Part shown: piece after piece, positions 1 through 13,515 of the stretch
Position numbering within the stretch: the first letter of the stretch is position 1
How the letters are laid out: each line of letters opens with the position of its first letter
Assembly: GCA_003990765.1 (NCBI GenBank)
Contig: RBNJ01000245.1
Span: forward strand, 1 to 35,605
Direction: 5' to 3'
From: Jimgerdemannia flammicorona
Taxonomy: Eukaryota
DNA: 35,605 nucleotides
Position numbers and translations under genes: made by a program
Notes under the pieces: model-generated
The model's input: the letters and a program-made list of their open reading frames with translations, nothing else
The model's database searches: none
What the model was told of the DNA's origin: nothing

Positions 1-71
1 TTATAGTCTCTTGAACTCCTTTCTTTATTAATATACCAATCTATCCTATATAAATACATTGAGCTCACCCC

Positions 72-3000
72 TTACCTGATCCCCCTAGGGGGGCCCCTCC
101 ACCCTACCCCTACTTGATGAAAGACCACTTTGTCTAATATCATCGCCACCTACCCACCACTCTGTTCACAGATCCCTTCTACTAGACCACGATGTTGCCC
201 AACCTGGAGACTCCAACCCACTCACCACCCAGTCAGCAGATCCTCCATCAACCCCTCCCACCTTAATAACTTCTCCTGTAAACCCAACTGTTGCCCTTCT
301 TAAAGACAAAGAGCCAATGTCCAGCTAATCCCACCCACACTACTAAAACTCACCCTACAGTGAACCAACTATTGCCCACACCCCCCACTAGCCAAGATTT
401 CAAATCCTTCCAGCAGCCTCACTTGCTATCTGGCCACTGCTCTATACCCAGCCAATTTCCTACTTCTATTCAAAAGTCCCCCATATCTCACACTCTCCCA
501 GCCAATGTTCTGGCATCTGCCCAAATCCCCCAACTTGCCCCATATTATAACACTACTCACAATCTAATCAGCCACCTTCCACCAGATGCCCTGCATGGAA
601 ATTCAATGTGATGTTCCTCCACAGTATCTACCACCATACTACCCAGAATTTGGGAGGAAGCCACTTCTGCACCTCAGCACTCCATAACCAGACACCTGCC
701 CAGTCCCACTCCTTGTCAATCCTCACTGCCTGTCATCCACTTGGTCAAAGGTTCTGGCCAAGACCCTGCTAACACTCCACTCCATCCCCAATATCAAACT
801 CAGTAAGCAGAGCACCCCCCAGAAGCAATCTGTCCCATTGCTACATATTTAGACCCCAAGGCACCTCCCCCTCATTGCCCCACCAGCACAGGCTGATTCA
901 GTGTGCTCCATCCACCACCCCCCACCAGAAGCCCTTAAACTGCAGCCATCAACTTCCATTCAGCCCCATCAGAGTGAGCAAATCTCCTGAGGACCCTCAA
1001 GGGGAGAATCTCATCTCCTACACCCTCTGTAGCAGTGGCACCCAACCCCCTCCCTGCAATTCAACAGTTCTCTTCAACCAGCAGACTTGCAGGCAGTGCA
1101 ACCTCTTAGGGAAATCTATAAGGCCTAGTCCTCCCCTAACCACCAGAGTTGCAAGGGTATCCCAACTGATCTGAGACCTCCTCCCAGCCCAAATCCAATC
1201 TCTAGCCATCTTTGTCAGCCTCTTCACTACCTAAGCTGGGAAGTCTAAGTGATATGCCACATACCATAGCTTGGGGAATCAGTAGACATTCAGAATCAAC
1301 ACCTGCCCTGCCAGGGAGATGTGGTGACCCCCCCAATCTCGAAGGGCCTCCCTCCAAATGGCTACCCTTCTCTCCCACCATACTTGTGGCAAGACAGATC
1401 CATATACTGAAAGGAAGATACCCAGATACTGCACCACCTCTCTTATAGAGACAATTGTTCCAATGACATCCCCTCCCACCAGTCCATTTTCCAACACCAT
1501 TATCTCACACTTATGCCAGTTGAGTTTCTCTCCAGAGTATACCTCATACCAATCTACTGTTTCCTTAAGTGCCTCTACTTCTGCCACTCATCCAAGTCCA
1601 ACTACCATATTATCTACAAAGGCCCCCACCTTCTACACCATACCATATATAGAGAACCCTTCTACCTTCTAATGTATTCTATCTAGCAAAGGTTCCAAAG
1701 AAAGGGTATAGAGGATAGGAGACAGTGGATCTTCTTGAGGAACTCCTCTTCCTAAGAGAAATACCAAATCTCTATGACCATTACACATTAGCACCACCCT
1801 GCTACCCTCCAACAAATTCAACATAGAAGTCTGAAATCATGGGGGCACACTAATTCTGTCCAGTACCTTGCTCAGCCACATCTGCCAAACATGGTTGTAG
1901 GCCTTCTCTTGGTCCAAGAAGACCAGTCTACCATCCAGTCCACAAGCCTGGGCCCCTTCAATAATATTGTGTATCCAGACAGTCCCATCTCTGATAAGTC
2001 AGCCTCCTACAAAGCTCTGCTGCTCCTCACCCAGACCTGCTGGGCAATCTTCTGTAGCCTTACAACAATCACCTTAGTTACTATCTTCCTGTCCATATTC
2101 AGAAGCATGATCAGCCTCTAGTTCTTCCAGTCCTCCTGCCTCTCCTTGTCTTTGTACAATAAGGCCACCAGCCCCAAGTCTTGCTCCCCAACCTACTTAC
2201 CATTCAGAAGAATATGGTCACAGAGAGTGGCCATTTCACCTAACACTCCAGGGACTTTCACCATCCTCCTCCAGAAGTCCCAAGGTAACCCATCCTCTCC
2301 TGGTACTGTCTCAAGCTTAGTTGCCACAAGGACTCTCTGGATCTCCTCCTCTTAGACTAGTAAGATCATATTACTCAGCCCCTCTACCTGTGGCAGCTCC
2401 CACTCCTCCAGTGTGTCTCCAATTGCCTCCTCATCAGTACCCCCTTTCTCCTCACTCTACAGACCCTGCCATCTCTCCTTCAAAACCCCTAAGATCTGTT
2501 GCATGCTGTGCACTATATCTCCCTCAGCATCAAAGACCCCATCCTACCAATGTCATACCCTCCTAGCTTTGAGGAGCCTAGACAAGTACCTAGTAGGCCA
2601 CTCTCCCTCCTCAAGCCTCTGCCACCATAGCCTGGCAGCCATTCCTTTTAAATGAATCTCCTCCTCCTCTCTCAAAACCTGTTGCAGCTCCACTACCTCC
2701 AATTTCATCTGCTCTAACCTTCAATCCTCCACCTCTTCAGAAGAAAGCAAATCAATCCATTCTATCTGCAATCTCATCAGTCTATTAGAAGTACACCTTA
2801 TGTACTTTCTTCTCTGTCTCTCAGCCTCTCTACCAGCTCCTCCCCAATAGACTCTCACTGCCTCCTTCAACCTCATTCAACAGATTCCCACAGACATACC
2901 CTCATGCCTCCAGATATGAATCCTTGTCTGGATGTCCTCTACCCATGAGTTTCACAACTCCTTCTCAGCCATCAGAGAGGAGTTAAGGCACCAATGTCTG

Positions 3001-3728
3001 GGTCCATCTCCACTCCCCCCAAACTGCCTATGCCCTAATAGCTCCCAGTGATCAGACCACAGGCACCACTCCATTTCCAAAGTCTTCCAAACATCAACAC
3101 CCCAGCATTCAGCCATCAGAATCCAGTCAATTCTCATAACCAAGCCATTCACTCAATGTATGTAAACCCTCTTGTTGCCCCAGTGTGTTCAGTCCATATC
3201 TCCTAAGGAGCTAAGATTCTCTACCTCCTCCTATGCATCCAGACCACTACTCCTCCCACCTGCATTACTCTCTCCATCTGTCCTATCCAATTGTGGATTC
3301 TGAACCATATTAAAATCACCACTCAGAACATCTACTCCTTCCTCCAAGAGAATACCCTCCTCCAGCAGATCCCTAATCTATACAATCCTCTCAACCCTAA
3401 CTACAGAACAGTAGCAGGAGTCAACCCTCACTGGCTCCTACCCTGGCCAATACCAATCTCCTCAGACCAACTGGTCATCCCAGCTCTTGACTCTGTCCAA
3501 GTCTCCTCTATCCTTCTTTATCAGAATTGTCACTTTGCCAAACCAAGCAGTATCCCCTCCCCATTCTCTAGTTCACTCTACTCAATCATCCTCATCTTCA
3601 CACCATATATTCTGCAGTAAAAAGAGATCAGCCTCCAATCCTTTAAGCTAAGTCAAAATGTTCCTATACTGCCCAGATCCCCTTAACTCATTTACATTCA
3701 GAGAGAAAATATTAGTTGTACTGTTTAT
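72..3728 (-). pseudogene. LINE B1 ORF2: APE endonuclease + reverse transcriptase + C-terminal region, disrupted
   Basis: Motifs FSLNVN, RIDW and WSDH (2952..3152), AFVDN from FADD, KLNWHKCE (1279..1587) and GGLGLIDF (1018..1227). Many TAG/TGA stops are present. Confidence 0.85.
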
Positions 3729-5605
3729 AAGAAATAATGTTGTTGATCAATCATATCCTCTACAAATCTGCATATAACTCCTCCTGTACCAAGTCTAAAT
3801 CTTCAGTTGCCCGGGCCTCCAACCCTACCAGAAGTTCAGCCAGTACCCTATCCTCTTTTTCCTCAAAGTCCCCATGATACTCCAGACATTTCTCTTGCCA
3901 GAGTTGCAATCTATACTGCTCAGCCCAATAGTAGGCAGCTCACTCACCAGCAATAACTGCCAGCTCAGCCTCTCTTGTCTTATCAACCTTATATCCCTCC
4001 TCCTCCAGAAAAATTGCAAGAATCTCTCCCTTCAGTGCCTCCACTACCTCATCTCTATGTAGGATCTATACCTGGGACATCCACCAACTCATCCTCACCA
4101 GCTACCTTGCTAACTACCACCACCCAACCCCCTTTTGCCACATTGGGAACCCCAAAGTGAACCCTCTGAGCACTCTTCATCAACATATCCTCTGCTACCT
4201 GATCTCTTGCAGCTAGATCCCACCTGATCAGAGAGGGAGTGTTCTCCATAACTGGGTCCTATACTTCAAATGTGCCATCAGTAAATAGGTCCTTATGTGG
4301 CACCTTCTCAGCCCCTTCCAGGCCCTCCTCCCCAATGCTTCCACTCTTTCCAGCCCAGATACTCGTCTCTATGCCCTCAGGCTTCTCAGCACTCCCAGCC
4401 TCTATCTTCACCCCTCCTTTCATGCTCACCAGCAGCTCCCACTGCCTTTTGCACCCTTGAGCCCTCTCCCACTGCCTCTTATCAGTGTGAATATGCTTCC
4501 CATCAATAATCTCCAGATGCATCAACTCTACATAAAGCTTCCAGGCCTTTGCCTGCTATTCAATCATACCACTCAACTCCTCCAGCACTTCTAATAAGTC
4601 CTCCTCCTCCTCTTTACTCCCCTTCATCCTTGATACCTTATAGACAAATACCCCCCACATCAATACTGAGGGCCAGTCACTCACCTTCTCTGTGGCCTCC
4701 CTCCCTGCCAGTCTAATCCTGATATCAACATTATCTGTTCTAATTGCAGTCCCCTCCCACACCTGGAAGCCAATATCCACTATGTTGCCATACTCTACCA
4801 TTACCTCCTCCACCCTCCTCCTAGTCTCAACCTTTGTCACCATAGGCACCCCCTTCACCAGCAACTGTATCACTCTGGGGTCCCACCTAAGGCACTGTAC
4901 CATAGGGATCACTACTTCCCCAATCATCACTCTAGTCTTCAGCACCTCATCCAGTAGGCCTGCCTCCTCAAAGCCCACCTCAATCCCCTTCAGCCCCTTC
5001 AGGAACTTCACTGAGGCTGCCCCAGCCACCTGCTGCAAGATAAGCCCCAGGACTATCCTTGCAGTCACCACTAAGTCCTGAAAGCACAAGGTAGCTGCAA
5101 ACTCCAAAATTGACTTCTCGAGTAATGGTGCCACCACTAGCCCTATCACACCATCAGCCAGGTCCCCCTTCTGCTTTGGGCCCATCTGTCCAGCCCCATC
5201 ATCAGTAGTCACATATGGATTTTTTTCCAGATTCCCAGTTATGCTACTATCAGCAGTTCCACCACTACTCTCAGCAGCCACCCCACCAGCCCTACCACCA
5301 ACTGGCTGAGGTCCAGCAACTCCAGTTCCTCTAGCTTCTCCAACCTTCTGCTTCCCCTTCCCTCTAGCCTGCCCACCCTGAGTCCCCAATGGCCAACTAT
5401 CATCTTTCAGTATATCTGCAAAGCTTCTCCCTATCTGCCCTCTAGTCTCACCACAAGTGCCACTTCTACTGCCCAAGCTGTCCTGTCCACTCAGACCACC
5501 AAAAGACCCCATCCCAAGCCCATCCCTTTATTGGACATATTGCCAGTCAAAGGCCCCAGATCCATCTGACCTAGTACACATATCTGCTTACTTGCTGGTT
5601 GACAT
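3725..5605 (-). pseudogene. LINE B1 ORF1 (~626 codons, several premature stops)
   Basis: ATG at 5605 (MSTSK*ADMCTRSDGSGAFDWQYV) is in frame with track ORFs 4556..5512, 4259..4525 and 4055..4249. It is homologous to the other ORF1s (CLRWDP...V.G.P). Confidence 0.8.
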
Positions 5606-5684
5606 TGCCTTAATACTTTTCTCCAATAAACAACTTGAAAGTGTGTTGTAAAAGTGTGCATAATGTAAATTATAGTAGAGAGAG

Positions 5685-6040
5685 ATACTGGCTATAGCTC
5701 TCTTGCTCCACACTACAGTATGCCAGGCCTTGATTCCACCAGACCTCCCCTGATCACCAGCCCCTCTAGCAGCTATGCAAGTCTCTACAACAGCTGCAAA
5801 GCTCTTAGGAAGGCCCAGACCAGGCCTCCTCCTCTCCAGATGTTTAGAGCTAGAGGAACCTTGACTAGTCATATTACCAAAACTTAATGGTTTTTGCCAA
5901 AACTTATTGTACCTTATAGATAGACTCCTGCTGTATAATATACACTAATGTGATTGAAATAAAAACTTGAAAACATATTGTCTTTTGCTGAAAGATATCT
6001 GTGTGGCTTAGCTTGCTCTGTGGTTTGATCAAAAGAAGTC
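5685..6040 (-). mobile_element. 5' fragment (5'UTR + ORF1 start) of a family A LINE (copy A3), interrupted by B1
   Basis: 5873-6040 aligns closely with the A2 5'UTR at 30534-30703 (GACTTCTTTTG...GCTAAGCCACACAGATATC). ORF1 begins MTSQGSSSSKHLERRRPGLGLPKSFAA, and homology stops at ~5685. Confidence 0.9.
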
Positions 6041-7544
6041 TCCCCACTAGACACCATGCATGGGCATATCCTCTACCACTTGGCCCCTTGCAGCTGGACT
6101 CTGCCTGATCAGAGGAGTAGGTATAGGAGACTGCTCCCAGACTTCAAATATACCATTCTCATATTAGTCCTCACTCAGTATCTTTCTGGTCTTCTTTAGA
6201 CCCACCTCCATATTCTCCCCATGCCCCCCAGCCCAGACACTCACCAAAGCTCTCCCAGCATCCTCACTACCATCAGTAACCTTTATCTTCTTCACCTCCA
6301 GACTTACCAGCAACTCTCTCTACCTTCTGTTACCTTGGATCCTCTCCTACAGCCCCTTATCAACATGGACCCACTTCTCATTGATAATCTCCAAGTGCAT
6401 TGACTCCACATACACCTTTCAAGACTTCATCCTCTACTCTACCACACCACTCAGCTCCTCTAATGCCTCCAACAGGTCCTCCACCTCCTCACTCCTCTTG
6501 ACTCTTGTCACCTTATACACAAAAGCTCCCCACATCATCACCAAAGGCCAATCATATACCTTACCAGTTGCCTCTCTCCCTGCCAGCTAAATATGGATAT
6601 CAACATCTATTAATTAGAAGGTGGTCCCTTCCCAGACCCTAAACACTATATCAACCACCTCCTATATTCAGCCATAACCTTCTCAACTCTCCTCCTCATT
6701 TCCACAGTTGTCACTATAGGCACTCTCTTCACCAGGAGCTATATCACTCTGGAGTCTCATCTCAAGCACTATACCATTTGGACACACACCTCCCCCACCA
6801 TCAATCCAGCCTTCAGTACCTTCACCAGTGGCCCTGCCTCCTCAAAGCCCACCTCTATCCCTTCCAGGTCCTTCAAGAACTTAACAGAAGCTGCGCCTTC
6901 TACCTGCTTCACAATCAACCCCAGTACCATTTTTGCCATCACTGCCAAGCCTCTGAAGTACAGGATGACTGTGAATTCTGAGATTGACTTCTTGAGTAAT
7001 AGTGCCACTACTAGTCCTATTACACCATCAGCTAGGGCACTAGGCCTCATGCCCATCTCACTACTCAGTACACCATCAGCAGTCCCATCTGGATTTTTTT
7101 CCAGATTGCCCATTATACTCCCATCAGCAGTCACTCCCTCAGTCACTACACCACTGGCCCCACAACTCTGGCCCCCCAGAGGAGCTCTCTCTTGAAGCCC
7201 CTGCTCTATAGTCTTTGTCATTGCCTTACCCCCCCTCAGCCAATTCTCCAGCCCAGCTCCCTGCTGACCTCTCTTTATCTTCTTTATAAAGCTTGCCCTC
7301 TCTGTCCTCTGGCCTCCAGCACCACCCCCTCCCCTACTCTGTCCTCCTGCCAGCAGGCCCCTCATGCTTTCCCTTAAGCTAGAGCCCCTCCCCACATACT
7401 GCCAGTCAAATACACCAGGGCCACTCTGCTTAGTATATATCTCAGAATGCTCGTTAGTCACCATAATACTAGTATTTTTTCTCCAAAAACAGTGTTGAAA
7501 GTGTTACCAGAAGATTGTATAACCTGAATATTATTGAAGAAAGA
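6041..7544 (-). mobile_element. 5' part (5'UTR + ORF1) of a family B LINE (copy B2), interrupted by A3
   Basis: ORF 6769..7464 (MVTNEH...FDWQYV...GNLEKNP...GAASVKFLK) is homologous to B1 ORF1 and continues with stops to ~6041. The 5'UTR has ACACTTTCAA...TTGGAGAAAA like B1. Confidence 0.85.
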
Positions 7545-8420
7545 TGGCAGAAGCTATGTCTGATATAGATATGTGAGTTCAGTCTGATATGAGGAAGGAG
7601 AGAGCACAGGCAGTGGACAAGGTAATAGTGAGAGAATGGGTGAGTAGTAGAGAGTATGAAAAGGAGTATACTGAGCAGGGCCAGGTGAGCAAAAAAGGTA
7701 AGGTACAATAGAGAGACTGTACAGAGCATACCCCAGTGTATCTTTATAATAGAGAGAGATGTATCTTGATAGAAGGGGTCAGTTTTAGAGACAGAGAGAG
7801 TGAGGGTGATGTGGGTTGGATTAAAAATATTAGGGTGAAAGATAATACTATAGTGAGATCTGAAAGAAGACATTGAATGAGTCTTACTATGTAAGTTCTC
7901 CAGATTACAAGAAGCTAACATATGCTAATGACATTGCAGATGCCAGAGTGAGGTTGTTGTGGTTGAATAAGTGAAGAAGGCTAATTAGACACCAAAGGGT
8001 ACTAAGATTGATGAGAAGGTGGAGCCAAGTGGACCAGATGCCTAACTGATGTTTGATACTATAGATAATGTGTGGCAGCTACTGTAGACCAAGAAACAGA
8101 ATATTGAAACCAGTGTTGATGTAGAGAAAATAGACCACAGAGAGATATTATTTGATGGTCAATAGTTGGAGCCATTTAAGAGCAAGATGATAGATCTAAT
8201 ATATTAGCACCAGTTCAGAAACAGGTAGGGGGCTTCTGGAGATATTGTTGCTGCCATAGAGGGCATAGAATTGGAGGAAGTTCTATTGTCTAAAATATTA
8301 TATATTGTGTATCAATCTTGCCATACCAAACTACAGAAAGAAGGTGATGATGGAAGGAAGTTCAGCATAGAGATTGTACCAATCACTGTTAGATATATCT
8401 GTGCATTAGGAGTAAGGTAA
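7545..8420 (-). pseudogene. Tyrosine recombinase of the Ngaro/DIRS element (truncated)
   Basis: ORF 7469..7921 contains SKTDPFYQ (cf. SKTDPFRQG) and LNSHIYIRHSFCH (cf. YxGHSFRxG), ending at the LINE junction. Confidence 0.85.
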
Positions 8421-8429
8421 TGAAAATGT

Positions 8430-9950
8430 GAGAGGTCAGCATAGAATAGTGTGTCAGTAATACTGTTTTCTTTAGTGAGGATTAATGAGGCAAAGAGCTG
8501 AAAGGAGTGCTAAGCCATCAGGAAATATAATTGTTAAAGTAATTTGAGTAACCAAGGATTGTAAGAAGTACCAGAATTAATTATCATAGCAATGGCCTAG
8601 TTGTCAGCATGAAGTAGAATCTACTAAAAATGCCAGTGATTACCCTGTATAGCAGAGGTATCAACAATGACATAGAGTTCCTTAAATTGAATATCAAGAA
8701 GAATGACAAGAGGCTATGATTTAGAGAACTATTAGTTGTTGAAGAAAGTACTGAAGCCAAGATCACCACTTGTATTCATCCAAATATGAGCATCTGGGGA
8801 GTGAGACCAGGTGATCAGATGAATAACTTGGATACTATTCTAATGTAGAAGAAAAAGCAATCTACTACCAAATATCAGTATAACAAGTCCTATTAATAAT
8901 GATGTAGAAGAAAGAGTTGTCAGTAAGTAGGACAATGAGGCAGTATAGGAATTGACAACCAGGTAAGATGATCTTACATATGATAGCAGGAGAGCTGATG
9001 AGAGATTGCAGCTATGAGTGAGTACATATAGTATATGATAACTATTGATATAGAGCTGACATTATGGCATCTAGTTTGCCAAGAGAGGGGTAAGTTTCCT
9101 TAGTAATAGAGTTCAGTTTGATGCTCAGAAAAACTAGGGAGATGATGAGACCTTCTATCTTAGGTATCTGGGTAGACCAGCCAAGATTATGACAGAGGGA
9201 AAAGAACTGATATAGATTGTGAGGGGCATCAATTAAGGTGGAAATAATGAGTAAGTTGTCAATATAGTGTAAGAGAAAGTAAATGCCATGACAGCCAGCA
9301 ATTCAAGCTAGCAGTTCAGCAAAGAGATTAAAGAGAAAGAGAGAGAATAAAGTACTGAAAGGTACAAAGCAGTCAAAGTAGAAGCAGCTGACCCATTCAA
9401 TGCCTAGTAATTTCCAATTGGCTGTATAGATGAGAATGTCAATAAGTACTGGCAAAATCTATCTTTGATAAGAGGCAACCTTTGTCAATATGAAGATGAG
9501 ATCAAGAGTCTTGTCAAAGTACATATAAGAGAGGTAGAAGATATCAGAGTCAATACCATTATTAACAAAGCCACCTTAGCAGAGCCAAAAAAGATCATAG
9601 ATACAATGCCAAGCTGATATAGAGTTCTTTTTGGCTATAGCACCAAGGGGGGATGAGCAGAAGTTGATAAAGAGAGGAAATTAGAAGGGGCCACAGACTC
9701 TGCTGATATATACCTCATGTGTAATATTGGCTATGATGGCTTCAGTATAGTTGAGGACAGAGTGATAGTTATGACTGAGGAGGTATTTATGAGGGCCTAT
9801 GAATCCAAGAAGAATACCTTGTATAATGATGGTAATAGTGGTTTGGGAGAGGGATTGGTTGAGATATGTTTGTAATTCCCAATCCCATACAGTGGGGTGG
9901 AGTACAATGAGTAGAGGTAGAAAGTATTACATGATGTCAAGGTCAGAGAT
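8430..9950 (-). pseudogene. DIRS-type reverse transcriptase + RNase H
   Basis: Eroded RT motifs FCSSPLGAIAKK, WHCIYDLFW, LSKIDFASTY, FYFDCFVPF..SLFLFNLFAE and LHYIDNL (YxDD). RNase H motifs HIWMNTSGDLGFS (cf. WTDASG.GFG) and LHADN. Confidence 0.85.
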
Positions 9951-10049
9951 AATATAATGGACAGTAAGTGGACAGTGAAGAGTAGTGTTCAGAGCAGCTA
10001 TAATATAGACAAATGGCATTATTACTTGGGTGGGGGTAAGTTCTTAGGA

Positions 10050-11440
10050 GTGTCAGAGTGAGTTATGGGGACATTGAGTCTATGGGTAATCTTCACTACA
10101 ATGGGAGCATATATGAGCATAAGTATAACCTTTTTGACAGTAGCTGGGGTCCTTTATAAGAAGTCTATCAATAAGAATACTATTGAAGGAGTTGCATATA
10201 GGCTGCTGGTTTAGAGAGTTTGGATGAAGAGATATCACCATTCAATAGCTGGCAAGAGAGACCCCAGAACTTTGAGTATGATTTTGGAAGATAACCAGTA
10301 TTAAGGGAAGTACAAGGATATTGATATAGGCTGAGAACTATGAAGAGATTAGGGTTACATTGGGTCTAGTGAAGATACTAATTGAGCAATATACATATCA
10401 TTATTAGTGATCTCAGCAATATATTTTATATAGAAAGACATATGATAGTTAAGAAGAGTAGACCAGAAAGAGGATGTTGAAAGGAGAGTGAAGTTGGCAG
10501 AATAGGTGAAGAATGGTGTAGAATCCATGAGATGAGGATAGACATTATGGAGGATGCTGAAATAGATAAGGAGTATAGATAGAAAAGAAGGAATATCAGG
10601 GAGATCTTTGATGAGATATAAGAGCTTCTATATAAACATCCATGTGCCAGCTTCATCAAGAGACTTGATAAACTAGGTCTCTAGAGGGGGGCCATTCAAG
10701 ATGATATTATGTTCAAGAAAACAGCCAAGTGTGGTAGCAGAGAACAAATTATTGACTACTGTAGCAAGGAGATATTAGTTGATATAGATATATTTCAGGA
10801 AGAGATTGATACCCCAAACAATAGTATAGGATAGAGCTGCTGGGTGTTTTGTTAGTATAGTAGACAACTTACTATGAGGGATACTAGAGAGATCTTGGTC
10901 ATTGAGCAGGAACTACTATAGGGGGCTAAGGAATGATCACAATAGTAGCAGAGATAGAAGCTATAGTATAGTTAATGAATACTTGATCAACAATAGGTGT
11001 GCTGGACCCAGGAATTACTTGCAGTTAATCTTATTAGAAATGTAACAGGAGGAGGATTTCATTGAGTTGATAGTCCTGTATGGTGGAATGATCTTGAAGC
11101 AGGGCAATACTGTCTTCAATAGATACATTAGATAGAAGTAAAAGTATCATTGAGACAGATGCAGTAGAGGTAAAAGAGACTGATAGAGCTGGAGCTTTGT
11201 CCATAGCTTGAGTGGAGGATCGGATAGAAGTAATATAGCTGGCATGTCTTTAGAGAGATTGGTAAGATAAGTTTTGATGATATCAGTATTAGTGTTATTG
11301 TCATTATTGAGATTGTCTTAGAGAAATTGAAGAATATACTTAATGAATATAATATTAGAATGGAGTAGGCAGGTGGGTGAGCCTAACTTATGTTTACTCT
11401 TAGAGATATTAGAGAGATTGTGATGGCAGAGAATGTAGGA
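10050..11440 (-). pseudogene. Ngaro gag-like ORF with C-terminal Cys/His finger
   Basis: 10069-10200 reads C-N-S-F-N...C-Q-K-G-Y-T-Y-A-H-I-C-S-H-C-S-E-D-Y-P-*-T-Q-C-P, the Cys/His pattern typical of Ngaro ORF1. The upstream part is heavily eroded. Confidence 0.65.
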
Positions 11441-11704
11441 GTTAATAGCCAGAACTATAGTAAAAATAAGTATATATACTGAGCATATATATAAAGTATA
11501 TATAAGAAGTACTTGAGTAAAAACCAGATATGAAGCTAAAATACATATTAGACAGTGTAATAGAGAGATATTTTCTAGCTAATATAAAAGTAAGCATGTT
11601 GGCACCAAAGATCTATATTATGCCAAAACCCTTGCACTATCTATACAGTATCTGAAACATTTCTGTGACTATTGATCTGTGATTTCTAATAAAACCCCTC
11701 ATTA

Positions 11705-13378
11705 TAAGTATTCTTATTAGATTAATCTAATTGAAATCTCAGCTATTTCATCTATAAATGAAATCCAAGGAGAGTATTTATAAATATACTAATCACATTA
11801 ATATTCTAGTAAATCAGATAAATTCTCTAAGAATACTAGAAGATAATATCAGTAATAAAGATAAAATTCTGGCTCTTATATAAGGTCTTCTCAAGATATC
11901 TAATATTATAATAGTAGTCATAATAATATGAGAGTAGGAAACTTATAGACTATACTTATATAACAATAAGTCTTATTAATAAAAAGATATATTAAGAAAA
12001 TAGTAGCAATATTGAAGATAAGAAAGTATTCTACAGATTATACAGATGAGGCAAAAAGTACCAACAAGGCAAAATTTAATAGAAACTACTATTACTATAT
12101 TGAATATAGATATATATAAAATAATTACTATTATAAAGATAAAGAGTATGATGAAAATAAGTATAGAAGTCAGTGTTGATAATGTGGAAGCAGTAGAAGG
12201 AAATTTGATAGCTAAGAGTAATATAATATAAATACTATCAAAACTGATAACAATAGTGATATATTTTTTTATATAAGTAATATCTATATATATATATCTA
12301 TCAATAGGACTATAGTCAGTAAAAATACTAATACTACTAATAATAATGATATTTAGCTTATAGATTTAGGTACTATATAATATATGTATAACAGTTTACT
12401 AAGAATAGTTCTCAATATATGAGATGTTTGAATGTCTCATATCTATTAAGTTAGGTAATAATATATCATATATACTCAAGAAAGAGAAAATATCAGTATA
12501 TATCTCTATAGGAATATCACAAAGTCTATCAGTATTTTTTAGAATATACTATATACTTTGAAAATAGAAAAGAATTACTTTTTAATTAGCAAAATGATAA
12601 CCCATAGTGATAAAAAAAATATATATACACCTGATGAGAGCAATAGTATATAGTTTGAAGAATAATAAAGAGATTATAATAATATTAAAATGAGGCAACC
12701 TTTATATAATCAATAGTATACCAAGTGATATAAAGATATCTATATATATAATAACTACATCTGATATATCTAATATATGGTATCAATGCTTGGAAAATAT
12801 AGAGAAATTTAACTTAGAAAAGATGATTAGAAATAGATTAATATGAGAATTACTGACAATATACCTTAATGATAAATTTTGTAAGAATTGTATAGTAAAT
12901 AAAGTATTCCAGTATCTTTTTGAGAAGTAGATAATATATATATCCAGTATATTTAATTTAATCTATATAGATATATGTAACTTAATATATACTACTTTCT
13001 ATAGAAAGAAGAGATATTTTATCATATTTATCAATAACTATATATATAAGATATAGGTATATTCCTTATTAGTAAAGAGTAAAGCCTTGGATAAATTCAA
13101 AAGAGTTTTAAGCAATCATAGAGAATTAAACAAAATGTAAAATATATATTATATATTCGAATAATATATATAAATATATCAATAGTATATTTAAGTAGTA
13201 TCTGAGAAAATATAATATATACTATTAGATAACAGTACTATATACACTATAGTAGAATAGTATAGCTGAGCAATTTAACTATATAGTTATGGAAATAGTA
13301 CAAATGATAATCAATGTAACCAGATTATCATATTCTTATTCAACTGAAGTTATCAATATAGTGGTATATATATATAAC
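11705..13378 (+). mobile_element. Outer Ty1/Copia element, gag-protease-integrase part (very eroded; 5' LTR not in view)
   Basis: Relic protease motif IDxGxT..MY (~12358-12390, cf. DSGATxHM), WYQCLE (~12778, cf. WHxRLGH), IYIDIC (~12961), RYFIIFINNY (~13012) and YT..QNxxAE.FN (~13240-13280). Confidence 0.8.
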
Positions 13379-13515
13379 TATTATAAAATAGAGAGAAAGA
13401 AGCAATTGTTTATTAATTAAACAAGTTGTACTTTTACATATTAAGATTAATAATATAGATAAAGATTAGCTATACTACTATATATTAAGATATAATAGAA
13501 ACTTAGATTTTAATA
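13379..13515 (-). repeat. 3' LTR of inner Copia
   Basis: Aligns with 21722-21850. The termini TATTA...TAATA are eroded TGTTG...CAACA, and a purine-rich PPT relic lies at 13516-13526. Confidence 0.88.

Larger units (their letters stand above)
1..5684 (-). mobile_element. Full-length degenerate non-LTR retrotransposon, L1/Tx1 clade (family B, copy B1)
   Basis: The minus strand gives a short 5'UTR (similar to 7465-7544), ORF1, then ORF2 with APE, RT (DQEKAY, LGIFLSVYG, GGLGLIDF) and a 3' end AATAAA...GGAGTTCAAGAGACTATAA at positions 1-30. The 5' boundary is approximate. Confidence 0.9.
7545..11705 (-). mobile_element. Ngaro/DIRS-type tyrosine-recombinase retrotransposon, degenerate, 3' part displaced by LINE B2
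   Basis: On the minus strand the order is gag zinc finger, RT, RNase H, then YR. The right boundary is approximate. Confidence 0.85.

Noticed and set aside
291..5081. Pro/Ser/His-rich ORFs antisense to the LINEs (also at 25317-34222)
   Set aside because: These are shadow frames of G-rich LINE coding strands.
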